This document shows, piece after piece, positions 40,901 to 53,120 of a DNA stretch of 64,000 nucleotides; the stretch's first letter is position 1; every line of letters starts with the position of its first letter. Below the pieces are notes generated by a model. The model saw only the letters and a list, made by a program, of their open reading frames with translations. It made no database searches and was not told where the DNA came from. A program made the position numbers and the translations under genes. The stretch lies in NCBI GenBank assembly GCA_904063045.1, contig CAJFCJ010000003.1, positions 2,776,504 through 2,840,503 on the forward strand, written 5' to 3'. The stretch is from Dimorphilus gyrociliatus (Eukaryota; Animalia; Annelida).

Positions 40901-42059
40901 TTGAATGCAGCCTCCAGAACTTGATTTTTTGGGGGTGGTGGTGGTGCCTTTTCTTTTAACTTGTATAATCTTCCAATTGGAGTAGCAATACATCTGTTAT
41001 CAAAATTTATCATTTTTATTACTGCTATATTGTATTATCGATAAGTGACAAGACTGTTTCCGATACTGCTATCGAAAGTTTAACCTTTTGATCAAAAGAT
41101 GGAGAGTTTTGTTCAAGTAAAGGACTTGTAGTGTAAAGTAAATAATATTCAAGAAGCGTCTTAACAGAAAGTTAAAAGCATGTAGTTAGATGAATTAATA
41201 GAGAATAGATTGTAATAATAAAAGTATATAATACTAATAAAAGTAATAAACGATACTAATAGTAATAATGGCAATATATCTCCGCTAAAAGTATGAAAAA
41301 TTAACGGGGTGTAGTCCTTTTTGTCGCCTTTTACATTTGCACTTTATTTGCACTAACCGCCAATACATGCATTTTATCAAATCAACTTAATGTGGATTGA
41401 TAAGGTTCATCTAACCGCCGTGGACGTCTAAATATAGTTCAAATTTTAATGTATTACAGTAAGTGAATAATTTACTTAAATAAACAGTGAGTGTTCAGCA
41501 AATAATTAACGATATCAATATTAACAAAATGATTGTAAAATTTTAGTTATCATTGTCCTCCAAATATATGACTCATTGATATACTATATTCATCTTTTAA
41601 TTAATATATATAAAGCCTAAGCATAAGTTTCTTCTAATGACAAAATATATTACTTCGTAAAAAATTAGGCCTTTATTAAAATATTGTCAAGTAAAAGATT
41701 ATACTTTAATATTATATATATTGTTAAATATTAATGTTAACTTACTAGACGTGAAAGTTATTCAACCACTACTAAACGCTACTTATGAATAGTGCAAAAT
41801 CGTTTAGGATTGCTTTAAATATTTATCATAAATACAACTATTGTAACAAAATATAGTATGTATAGTAAAGCAATCTATATATCGCTCACCTTTCAAAAAC
41901 CAATCTAGTCATAAATATGCAAATACCAAAAGGTATTATAAGAAATATGTGCCATGCTTTTGGTAAATCAATATGTGGGTACTTTTCAAAATCTTTCCAT
42001 TTGATATTAGGTGGCAACCAGAACGATTCTGCCCAAAAATACTCCTTCATCATATCCAT
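37982..42059 (-). CDS. CERS: Ceramide synthase (LASS/CerS), tandem copy B
   Basis: FWAESFWLPPNIKWKD, RQIERWWRRKR, KFRETSWRF, RKDFMEMLSHHMA...VVHDTVDWWME, EKDERSESE; same exon boundaries as copy A. Confidence 0.93.
40245..40258 (-). promoter_or_regulatory. CTCF-like motif CAACAGAGGGCACT in a CerS-B intron
   Basis: Close match to the CCACCAGAGGGCAC-type consensus. Confidence 0.4.
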
Positions 42060-42555
42060 AATCAGCTTGTACCTGTTTCTATTTTCTCAACTGAGTGTTT
42101 TGCTTAATATGAATATAAAATAAAATACTTTGCAAACTTCCTATGTTCTTATTTTACTGACAGTTAGCTTAATGATCGTTTCTGGAAAGCTGAAGATTAA
42201 ATAATTCTTCTTGCCTATAACTTAGTTACTCATTCAAGTTATGACTAATAAAATCGAAGTCTTCACTATAATCTTACATTGTAAAGATAAACCTACAGGC
42301 CTGAACTATATTGATAAGCCGCATGAAAATACAAATAGAATATTTAGCAATAAAAAATATATTTTATAAAAGAATAAGAAGTCAATGATTTCATTATTGA
42401 ACTAAAAAAAGCTAATAGATTGGAATGTGTGCATTAATACTATTTTTACAACAAAAGGAACATACGAATAAATGCTTGGTTAATTATTAGTGTAAAAGAA
42501 AAGGAGAAGTAGACTTGAAACTCGACAGTATTACTAACCGGTCAATTACTAGGAA

Positions 42556-45500
42556 CTAATCGATTTCATCATCTAAACTATGTTGATTTAATTTATAACT
42601 ACCGTATCTTTTGCAAGTTGAATGAATTGATGATTCATAAAGATTATAGTTTAGTTCACTTGTTCTAAACCTTATTAATGGGTTACCATAAGAAAAAAAT
42701 CCTATAAATTTTTTATTTTCATTGCCATTCGACGTTGTTCCTTGTCCGTTAGGAAGAGAATTATTATGTATTACTTCCATTACAGCTGTATTTTTCTGCA
42801 AGCTTCTCCTCCTAATAAATTTCTGTATTTTTAACGCAGCTCTATTCCTTTCAACGATTGTTTTTAGTTTCTTTCTTAAAATATAACTTTTCCAATATTT
42901 TGTAATTGTAATAACATTTTTTCTCTTAATATTTAAATAATAATTTTCAATTGAATTATTTGCCAAATCATTCATAAATATTCCAGTTTTGCCAAATTTT
43001 ATACTCTTTTCAAATTCAGGTATATTAAGAGATTCTAGAAATTTTTCAATAGCATCTCTCAGTTCTTTATCATTATCGACATTTTGAGTAGGAAGACGAT
43101 AATTTCTATGTAATAAATCATACTTATGGCTGAAAATGTATCATTTTTTATCAATTGTATATATTTGAGGTTTAATAATATTCATTTTAATATTTTAGAA
43201 TTTATTTTACTTATACTTACAAGTATGGATAATCTTTCTGGGTTAAATATACCTCCTGTACTATACCACTATTCTTAAGTTGCTGATACAAATAACATCC
43301 ATTTATTTCAACGCCATTTTGGTGATTTTGTGCAGTTATATTAGATGGTTTAAAACATCTTACGAAGCGTTCTTCTGTTTTTTCAAGTAGTTTTATCAGA
43401 TTTTCAACCGATACCTAAATGTTTGGAGAAAGAGAGCATAAGATATAAAAATTCCTTCTCTCAAATCAAATTAATATACTCTATGTTCGGTTAATAATGT
43501 ATGTCGACGTCTATTAGTTGTAAATTTTTTATCATCTACATTATTATTATCAATTAGATTCCTTATAAATGAACTCTCGCTATTTGATATTAAACTTGTC
43601 CAAGTTCTTATATCCGCGGCCGAATTCTTTTCCACCATACCAATTATTGAATATTCAACATTTTTCGCGTAATGGCTAATAACAAATGTAGACGTATGAG
43701 GTTTCGGTTTAATTAATTTAGATTGTTGACAATTTAAACATAAGCTATCCATAACTGCCTTCTTCGCAAAGTTATTTTTCATTACAACTGGCTGTATAGA
43801 TGAAATATTTTACTAGAATTTTAATAGAATTAATTAAGCATCTAACTAATAACATACGTCATTTAAAGCTGAAAATAATAATTCTGAAATTTCATCTGAA
43901 GTTTTTGACACATGTTTCCAAAGGTTATTTCTCTCAACGTCCAGACCCTCCTCAACAAATTTTTTTTGTTTATCTATTACGCATACAGTTAAATAATGGT
44001 CTTGAAGTTTTTCGTTGGCAAAATTGATTGATAGCTGTTCTAGTGAATTTACTTCCATTGATTCAAAACCAAATATATCAAGAATTTGAATTGTCTTAAT
44101 AGTCTCTATAGACGGTGATAAATCTTGGTTTATTTTTTTTACAATAAATGAAAAAGTTCTGAAAACAATATATAATTAATAAACTTTTGGGAAGCGAAAA
44201 ATAATCAACGCTTTTTCTGTGCTCTATTTCATAGCAACACAATATTACAGAGTTAAATACAGATTTGTTGCTAGGTAGCACAGAAAAATCCTCGGTATGT
44301 AATACTAACCTACAATACAGAAATTCTATGAAACTATTCAATCGTTCTTTTGCTTCTCCGGCTGAGTATTGAACAACGAAAACGCTCTTTCTCCTCGTTC
44401 CAGCTCGTAGCTGTCGGGTCGATATTGCTCTTAAAATTTCCGTATAGTCTAATAGAAGAGCATTTTCAATAAGATTTAAAGCCTCGTTGATATTTCCTCT
44501 TTTGAAGATTGGTTGAGCAATTGCACAATCTTCTTCCTTTTCAAAATCAATTCTCTTTAGAAGAATAAGCGATGCTATTAATTGCATTAAGCCATCAATT
44601 TCGTGTTGTTCAAAATTTGTTTGTCTTAACGAATTTATAGTTTTGTTCAAATTTGATTGGCCTTCATTTTCATTAATGCCATATTTTCCAAGATATTTAG
44701 TCAATTCAGATTTAGGCAAACCTAAGAGCTAAAGGGTTACATATTAGTATAAAAGGTCACAAAAAATAAAGGAACAACGAAGGAATTACTTGATAAAAGA
44801 TGTGAAAATTAGATAATTCCAATGAATGAACTCTCATTTTTTCAAGTAAAACAGCGTCTATATTAGCTCCGACCATTGTCTTTTTCCTATGAGTAATTAT
44901 ATTTCTTTGTAAGATAAGAGATTCTAGTAAAGATAAGCAAACAAAAACTCTTACGAATCAAAGTAAATCCTAATCAATTTGACAAATCTTGAGGAGTTTG
45001 TGTTTAAATTCGTTTTAGCGTTTCCCATAGCTTCAAGTAGAGCATTCGATTCGATTAAACGCCTTTCTATGGCTTTTTCGTTCAAATGCCCATTTCTTGA
45101 TGCAAAATAATTTATTAAATGCTTCACATTTTCCGTTTTTCCAGACCCACTTTCTCCAGTTACAACGATGCTATTCACTTTTGCATCATTTTGAAAAGTC
45201 TCCTCAGCTATTTGATAAATATGAGGCTCGTGTGCTAAACCTTTTAAATATTCAATCATTTTCTCATTGTTGTATAAACTCTTAATTGTCTTCATAGGAT
45301 TTAAAGCAAATAATGTTCTACCACATTTCGTATAGATTCTATTATCTTTATATCGTTGAATTAATGCCATAAGTATAGATCCAATATGAATATTATTTAA
45401 ATTAGATAGGTCACAATAATTCTTTAGAGTGTAGTTAATTTCCTCATCTTTTCTTATTTCTGACCTATTTAGCTAAAATATCAAATGTTAAACTCTATTA

Positions 45501-45892
45501 ACACAGTATCCATTTTAAAAGACAGCTTGAAAGTTACCGATATTTGTTCTTTTGTCAACTTGATGACAATTTGCATCTTATTTACAGAACTTCCTCTGAA
45601 AATTCCTAATAGTTCATCTTTCCGATAAACGTAGAATGTACTCTTCTGGAAAAAAGATCATTATAGCAATAGTTTTATTTCTCTTATCTATAGGCCTACT
45701 TTAACTGTTAACAGAAATTTGAAAAAAAATATAATTTACTTTAGAATAAAATTACACATTGACTTATTGATTGCTTCACTGACAGCTTAATTTTTTTTAC
45801 TATTATTGGTTTAGTTTGATAGTATGGTTTGTAACCTTATTTAAGGAATCCATGTAAAATTTACAATTTGAAGATTCGTCGAAAACCGCCAT
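42556..45892 (-). CDS. MYO19: Unconventional myosin, most like myosin XIX (motor, IQ motifs, short tail; 5' exons approximate)
   Basis: YTKCGRTLFALNP..LYNNEKMIEY, P-loop GESGSGKT, NSSRFVK, DIFGFESMEVNSLEQLSINFANEKLQ, converter FGKTGIFM, IQ-like ITKYWKSYILRK and IQKFIRRR, short tail. Confidence 0.8.
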
Positions 45893-46157
45893 GTTCAATT
45901 TTATGCTGTCACGTGACAAAAATATACCGACTTCCTGTTTATTATTGCAGTCATGAAAACTGTTATATAAAAAGTTTTTGTTCAAATTTTAAAACAATTC
46001 CAACTATTTATAGAATATTTTCAGAGAGCTAAACTTTATTATAACAGTTAATAACATTTTATACGTTTAAAATGAAAGGCATATATTAGATTAAACATCG
46101 CTGTCAGATCAAACAATTACGTATAGTCATTCAGATGGCGTTAATATGCGCAATAAC

Positions 46158-46171
46158 TAAACCATAGCAAC
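46158..46171. promoter_or_regulatory. RFX X-box-like motif (TAAACCATAGCAAC) in the MYO19/FAM227 divergent promoter
   Basis: 12/14 match to GTHNYYATRRNAAC with a perfect ATAGCAAC half-site. Confidence 0.45.
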
Positions 46172-46384
46172 TATGCCTTACTAAAAGAGACATCTGAGTT
46201 TAGAACAAATAACCTTCTGGCTTGTTTCTATAAACAGAAAATATTAAATTATTAAACTAGTTAATGATGCTTTTATAATAAGTTGATTAGTTATAACCTT
46301 TAGTATATTATATTTGTAAACACAAAAGCCATTCCTGTTGATACCGTGGAAAATTAATTGAAAGATTCAACACAACTAATAAAA

Positions 46385-48521
46385 ATGACAGAACCACTGG
46401 ATTATACTTCTAGTATTAATTATCCTATGGCTAATGGTTATGATTATGGGTATGATGAGAAAGATGGCGAATATTATGATGAGACTGATGACAAAGACTT
46501 ACCACCAGTGCCAAAAACAATGGAAGATTTCTTACGCATGGAAAATCTTGAAGAATGGCCTCAGAAATTAACTTCTGAAAACCCATTGGATATTCTTACT
46601 GACAAAAATTGTTTAGGAAGTAAAACTGACTTGCAAGAGAATATAGAAGATTCAACGCGTCAGTAGATTATACTTTGATGTACTAAACGAATACATTTAA
46701 TATAACTATGACATTTTTTAAAATATATAGCCGATATTGAAAATGTATTTGACGTTCTTCAAGAAAGAGTAAATGGATTATCCAAAACAATTCTATATTT
46801 TGGGGAGAAAATGTTTAATTATCAGTTTCCAAGCATCGAAGAATCTAAAGAAAAGAATCTATATGGTAAGTAATGATTTCTATCCAGGAACCGGAACTAA
46901 TAGAAACAAATATTTCATCTACATTTTTTCTTCTATTTGCTTTTTAAGAAAAAGAAGAATTCGATAGTCAAGAAGAGAGTTACAAGGATGCGTTTTTAAC
47001 AGAATTGTCAGATAGTCAAATTATGGATGCTAATAAATATTCAAATAGATCTAAAGTGAGTTAACATAAAAATAGTATAATAATATAATAACAAGATAAA
47101 TACATGGGTGTTATTTAATTTTTTAGACATTAGAAGATTCAATGAAAGAGAGCCAGAAAGGAAACGTGAAATACTGCACCTTTCCAGGTTGGGAATTGCT
47201 AATACTTTTAAGTAATCTATTTCGGTCACTCTAATTAACTCTCTTCTGACGATAGGCTTTAAAGAAGGTGATTTAACTTCATTGCCATCTAATGTTGAAG
47301 CTCCTCACGTTCTTCATCACGTTTCGAAAGCCAATGAAGTCAACACTGGACTTCGAAAGTTTTGGAAGAAAATTTTTCAATCTGAAGCGTCAATTGCCTT
47401 ACTACAAGATTCTGTTTGGTGGCTATTTATTCATTTTTTCGAACCTACTCGCATCAGCGAAAGGGATAAACTTTTTGATAGAATGTCCGACAGTTTCGTC
47501 ACTCTCTTGTTGAGTATTCATCCAGACTTGGCTGATAAAGTTTTTATGATTTATCCAAGTTGTTTGGCACAGAGTGTATTTGTTTCTTTTCAAGAGGCCT
47601 TTCCAGAATCTGGACAAATGTTCGATAACAGCTTTAAAGAAGATATTTGCGGGTTTGTATATGAGTGGATAACTGGAACAAAACCACCTGTTGGCTCATG
47701 GAAAGTTTGGAACTTCAATCGTTTAAAATTACCTTCAGAACATAGAGCAACATCTGATGAAGGTGAATTAGAAAGACTGACTATGGATATAGCTCTAAAT
47801 AATCGACCTTTAGACGTTCATTTAGGGTTTGATGAATTTTTAAAAGTTGTAGAGAATTTAGGAGATAAAGAGCTGGAAGATAGTCAAAATACTACTCTCG
47901 TGAGAAATAAATCCAAAATTAACATAATGAGGCCATCAAATAGAAGAAAAAAAGTTGACAAAAGTCATGTTATCGGAAGAGGGTCAAAAGTGGAAAAAGT
48001 TCTCTTCGACTTAAAAGGACGATCGCCGTTAGTTGAGCATTTTCTTAACATGAAACTGCTAGCTGAAAAGGAGCCACCTAGAGTTCCAAGGAGAATGCAG
48101 AGAATACAAATAATTGAAGAACCAGAAAATAAAATGACATATAAACAAGTTATTAATGAAACTGTTGAAAAGAGTAGGATAAATAAAGAGAAATTTATGA
48201 ATATATCTAAAGAAACCGAAAAAGAGTTAGCCAAATTGGAAAAGGAGAGAAAAATGATGAAAAGAAAAATCGAGAAACTTCAAAAAGATTTACTTTTTAT
48301 TAAAGATCCTGCTGAAGCTAGAAAGAAGAGTGAAAAAGTATTTTCCAGTTTTGTAAGCATATTAATAATATTTCATTCTTGTTTTTGTCTCCATTTACTA
48401 CTCTTTTAATCATTTGTACATTTAACAGAAACAATCTTACGATGATTTAATTGTTATGGAAGAAGAAAAAGTTGAAAACTTAGAAGACGAAGAAGATAAG
48501 GAAGAGAATTTTGATGATTAA
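46385..48521 (+). CDS. FAM227B: FAM227A/B-like protein (FWWh domain; multi-exon)
   Basis: SEASIALLQDSVWWLFIHFF, LFDRMSDSFVTL, YPSCLAQSVFVSFQEAFPES, FKEDI...WITGTKP; coiled-coil and acidic C-terminus. Confidence 0.85.
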
Positions 48522-49697
48522 AAATTTTAATACTTTTTTATAAGATATATCTTAAATATTGTTGTATATAGCTAACGACATCTATTGGCGACCGATAAAA
48601 ATTATATAATATTTTTACTATCATTAATTTTTGATCAAATGTCATCAGTAATGTCGCTAAATCTTTGTAATAAATAAAATAAAAAGCTCTTTAATCATGC
48701 ATTTAGAAAAATAATAAGACAAATCATAAAAGAAAGCGTTACTTAGGGCAAAGGTTTCGTTTGATTATTCTTTTTGTTTCTTTTTTCACATATACTGGAT
48801 GATATTTCAATTTTATACTTGCGTTATAATATGTACACTAATGTATAGTATATTATCATTTTATGTAGGATTAAGTTTCCTCTATTTTTAAATGAAAGAA
48901 AAGTTATTTTGTTCTGGGAATCAATTTTTCATTCTAAAATGGAATATAACCTCCTTCTTATATACATAAGGTCTTATGGTATGAAATAATTAGAGAGGAT
49001 GTTTGAATAATCTTGACCTTAATTTTTGCTTTTTACTATTGCCAGAATTCTAGAAAAGTCTTTCTTCTAGATAAAGCTCCTCTCTAATTATTAAACCATT
49101 TCCTCTTGAGTGACAGTTACGGGCCTAACTATCAGATCCGAGAGACTTAAATTTGCTCTCATCAGAAAAGATTTTGCCTTCATATTACAAAGGCTTTTTT
49201 CATTCTCCCATTTTTTACCCTCTCAATTTTCAAATATTCCTTAAAAAGACTTTTTTACAAATCTTTATTTACAAATAAAAGTTTATACTGATTTTGAATA
49301 GTACATCTCTTTGATTTTCTTTTATCATTTCTCCTTCGTAAATTCATCCTATTCCTTCAATCACATTTTAAAAAATATACACCACCTTTCATTCTTTCCC
49401 TATCTAATAAAAAAAATTTACAGTATAGGCTTAATGTAAATATAGAGAACTTGGGACCCAATTTGAGAATGTTATTATACATAGTCTTCTAAAGATAATT
49501 AAAGCGAACAGCTACTTATTTTAGGACTCCAATTTTCTTTTACTATTGACTCTGAGAAAAGGAATAAAACACTTTTTCTCTGTTAGAATATGGTATTAGG
49601 AATTTTACTTTAAAATCATTAAAATATCTTAATTTTATTAATTATATTACTTTGCTAATTAATAGACAATTAATAAATATAAAAAAAATAGAGCATT

Positions 49698-49709
49698 AAA
49701 AAAAAAAAA
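49698..49709 (-). terminator. Pol III oligo-T terminator of the tRNA
   Basis: T12 run beginning 8 nt downstream of the tRNA 3' end. Confidence 0.8.
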
Positions 49710-49716
49710 TATCAAC

Positions 49717-49799
49717 GGGGACAGCCGGGATTCGAACCCGGGACCTCTCGTAGACTAGAACATCCCTAAACGAGAATCATACCCCTAGACCACTGTCCC
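49717..49799 (-). tRNA. tRNA-Pro(AGG) with an 11-nt intron after position 37
   Basis: Acceptor stem GGGACAG/CTGTCCC, D arm TGGTCTAGGGGTATGATT, anticodon stem CTCGT/ACGAG, loop TTAGGG|T, T arm CCGGGTTCGAATCCCGG, discriminator C. 83 nt = 72 + 11 (intron ATGTTCTAGTC). Confidence 0.92.
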
Positions 49800-51261
49800 C
49801 TTGCGGCGTAAGGTAGTAAAAAAACCTAGTATATAAAATTTATCTTACTTAAAAATAAAATGACAATTAAAATCGTAAAAAAATAAAAATATGGAATAAT
49901 AGTAAACTACAATTATTCTATATATTGCCAAAAAATACAGAGAAAATGTGCAGTTACGTAGAACAAGAGCGATAATAGATAGCATTTAATTAAGTATGCC
50001 TAATCTTGATAATTATAATAATAAAAATAATAGTCATTCACTTCACATGCATTATGCAACTAAGATACAATAATATAAAAAGAGTCTAGGTGAAGATTTG
50101 TGATTTTTTAAGAGTAATAAATTAAATTAACTAAAATTCACTTTATAAGCTAATGTGACTGACTATGAGGTAATTAACTAAGTAAGCTAATTAGTACAGT
50201 GTGAGTATGGAGCATAAATTATATGAGAGACATCGGATTAGCTACCTCATCATTTGTTGCAACTGCAGCGTTTTAGTAAGACTAAAGCGAACTAGAAAAG
50301 ACTCTTTTGCTGTTTTTAAAAGGCTTAGTGCCGATTCGTTTTAGAAAACACAGTGGAGGTCATTAAATACTATCTCTCTATATTGAAAGGAAATTAATCA
50401 ACCATCTTATGTCTGTGAATTTTACATCAAGTTGAAAAAAGATAGGATAAAATCATAAAATCTTATAAAAGTGCTAATAGAAAAAAAGAAGAAAAGATAT
50501 AAGAGACAACGGGGAAGGGGAGAGGGGAAAAAAAGAAGAAAAATTAGAGGTAGAAGAAGCAGAAGAAGAAGAGGAAGAAGATCAAATAGTGAATTTTTCA
50601 TTTTTATTACCTCAAAAAAAAGACTACTAATAATGGGATAACCCAAAATCTGCTTAAAAAGACTCTAAACTGCAAAAAACTAAAAAAAGGTAACTTTCTA
50701 GTTTTGAATTTATTACGAAATACTTTATTAAAACAAATAGAAATTTTGAATGTTAAGTTAGTTAATAGAAAAGAGAAGGGAAAGGGAAAGAACAGTGAAT
50801 AGAATTTGTTACATTTTCTTTATCTTTATTTGAAGTCAACTTTTAAATATTGACATTTTAAATACAAAAGTCAAATTAGAGGGTTTAAGACAATAGTTTA
50901 AAGGTAACATACTTAAAACAAAGTGAAATTCAATAGAAAATAATTATCGCAATGATATATGATTTTTAGGAAGAGGAAAAACGGAAAAAAATGCACATAT
51001 GTATAAAAACATATGCAAAGTAGTAGATTTTTTTTCGTTAATACAATTCGAGCCTTTCATTATCCATAGTAAGTAAAGTATTCTATGACAGTTTTTTTTG
51101 TAAATAAGAAATAAAATGTATTTTGGGGAAACTCTTAGACAAAGATTACTATTATCCAGATATCCTTTTATATAATCAATAATTTAAAACTGGTAATGGT
51201 ATAGAAAAGACGGCGACAGAATAATTTTTAAGCGATAAATAGACAGAGACAGAACGAGAGA

Positions 51262-51263
<2 letters not shown>

Positions 51264-51326
<63 letters not shown>
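51264..51326. repeat. (GA)n microsatellite
   Basis: About 30 GA units, roughly 170 bp upstream of the GPCR ATG. Confidence 0.95.
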
Positions 51327-51330
<4 letters not shown>

Positions 51331-51496
51331 AAAAGAGAAACTTGCAATAAATATTTCTCCGTTATGAGATAACACATTTAAAAGTAATATTTGTTTAAAA
51401 ATTTCATTTCTTTTGGAAATCCTTCTCAATTTCTAATTTATTTATTTATTAAAAATAATTCAAGCTTAAATTGAAATTGGAAAATAGAAGAGGAAT

Positions 51497-52450
51497 ATGG
51501 GCGAAAATGAGACTTACAATTCTGCTTATGTCGATACTGGAAATGTCATTATAATCTATTTTTTTCCATTTTCGTTGATAATAGGAACTTGTGGAAATAT
51601 TATGGTTGTTATTATAACTAGGAGAAAGTCTATTAAGGCTTGTATAAGTGTTTCTTTAATTTTAACTACTCTTGCTATTTCTGATACAACTGTTCTGTGG
51701 GTTTCTGAATTCAAAAATTGGTTGTTTGTTGTTTTTAATTATGATTTTTCTAGATCTTCTGCAATTTCTTGCAAATTAACGAAATATTTATTCTATTGTA
51801 GTTCACATTTATCCAATTGGCTTGTTGTTCTATTTTCAATTGAAAGATGTGTTTGCGTCTGGTTTCCTCTTCGAGTAAAGCATTTATGTAGTTCAAGGAA
51901 AATGACAGTTGCTGTTATCCTATTAATATTCAGCATCTGTTCAGTAAACATTGTTTGGTTTCTATTTTATCATATAAATTTTAGAGGAAATTGCGCAACT
52001 CAGTTTGTTGGTAGGAAATTTTATGCTTACTTTCCAGTTGTAAACATTATTATGGCCGTTGTATTACCTTTCCTTTTTGTGCTAATATTGAATACTTTCA
52101 TCATTATTGGACTTATAAGAAGCAGAAAAACTTTCAATGTTGAAGGATCCAGAAATAGATATTCCAAAAAGGACTCTAATCAGAAACGACGTATCACCAT
52201 AGGCCTTATGCTTACTTCTATGCTTTGGCTTATTTTGACAATGCCTCAAGCTCTGGTGGAGAATATAAAACCTAAGTTGAGCTATGGGCCCTACTTTTTA
52301 TTACAGACTATTGTATTTATGGCTTTATATGTAAATTATAGTATCAATTTTTTTATATATATGTTAAGTTCAAGAAATATTTACTGGGAATTTATGGGGC
52401 TCTTTGGAAGGAGAAAGCCATCTTCATTAAAGCTGAAGAGAGTTAAGTAA
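51497..52450 (+). CDS. Intronless rhodopsin-class (class A) GPCR, FMRFamide/peptide-receptor-like orphan
   Basis: Seven hydrophobic segments; GN in TM1, LAISD in TM2, Cys at the start of TM3 and in ECL2, SIERC (DRY variant), P in TM5 and TM6, NYSINFFIY (NPxxY variant typical of invertebrate peptide-receptor-like GPCRs). Confidence 0.92.
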   Translation: MGENETYNSAYVDTGNVIIIYFFPFSLIIGTCGNIMVVIITRRKSIKACISVSLILTTLAISDTTVLWVSEFKNWLFVVFNYDFSRSSAISCKLTKYLFYCSSHLSNWLVVLFSIERCVCVWFPLRVKHLCSSRKMTVAVILLIFSICSVNIVWFLFYHINFRGNCATQFVGRKFYAYFPVVNIIMAVVLPFLFVLILNTFIIIGLIRSRKTFNVEGSRNRYSKKDSNQKRRITIGLMLTSMLWLILTMPQALVENIKPKLSYGPYFLLQTIVFMALYVNYSINFFIYMLSSRNIYWEFMGLFGRRKPSSLKLKRVK

Positions 52451-53069
52451 CATATTGTTATAGTAATATGTCCTAAGTGGTTTAATTATTCAATAACATT
52501 TGATGATTATCGTATTCTACGTTAAGTCTAAGCGATGAAAATATGAATACAGTCGACAAGAATGAAAGAGACGTGTGTAATAAACTCTGAAAACGACTTT
52601 TATGCTCTCTGTTAGAGTGTTCTTTAAGTACGAATCTTTTCTAAAATAAAACTATCTATACATATATTCTATTGTCAAAAGGCGATGTCGTTTTTATCAA
52701 TTAATCCCTTTCGCACACTCTCTTCAATTCTTTTTCCCTTCATCATTTATCCAACAATATCAAATATCTCACACCCTAATTCATTCTCAGTCTTTTTTCT
52801 CTTCCTCTTCCTTTCTCTCTCTCTCTCTCTCTCGCTTTCTCTCCCTTTTTTTCTAATTGTCTCTCACTCACTCGCTGTCTGTACTTTTTTCTCTTAGTAC
52901 TTTTAACGCTTTCCGGTGTATTTATAGATTTTTTAAAAAAAATGTAGCTATTATATTGAGTAATTAGGTACGAAATTGTGTGTTCCTTTTTTCGGCAGTG
53001 AATCTAATTTCTCTATAATCTTATAAGAATTAAAAACGCAACTATATACGAATCCTAAGAATTAATAGT

Positions 53070-53120
53070 CACTAGATGGCAGAACATTCGACAAAACAGC
53101 CACTATCTGCACTGCCATCT
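53070..53120. promoter_or_regulatory. Pair of convergent CTCF-like motifs (CACTAGATGGCAG on +; AGATGGCAGTG on -)
   Basis: Two AGATGGCAG cores 40 bp apart, between the GPCR and the peptide genes. Confidence 0.45.

Noticed and set aside
16814-42059. Apparent lipid-metabolism cluster (APMAP, TMEM68, two CerS)
   Set aside because: Interspersed with unrelated genes; no shared regulation is evident, so chance is the simpler explanation.
50165-50250. TGAGGTA / CTACCTCA (let-7 seed-like) pair suggesting a miRNA hairpin
   Set aside because: Only 8 bp pair, the rest does not form a stem, and the sequence does not match let-7 beyond the seed.
51160-51170. ATATCCTTTT resembling a U12 AT-AC donor upstream of the GPCR
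   Set aside because: No convincing TCCTTAAC branch site or AC acceptor; the motif is easy to obtain in AT-rich DNA.
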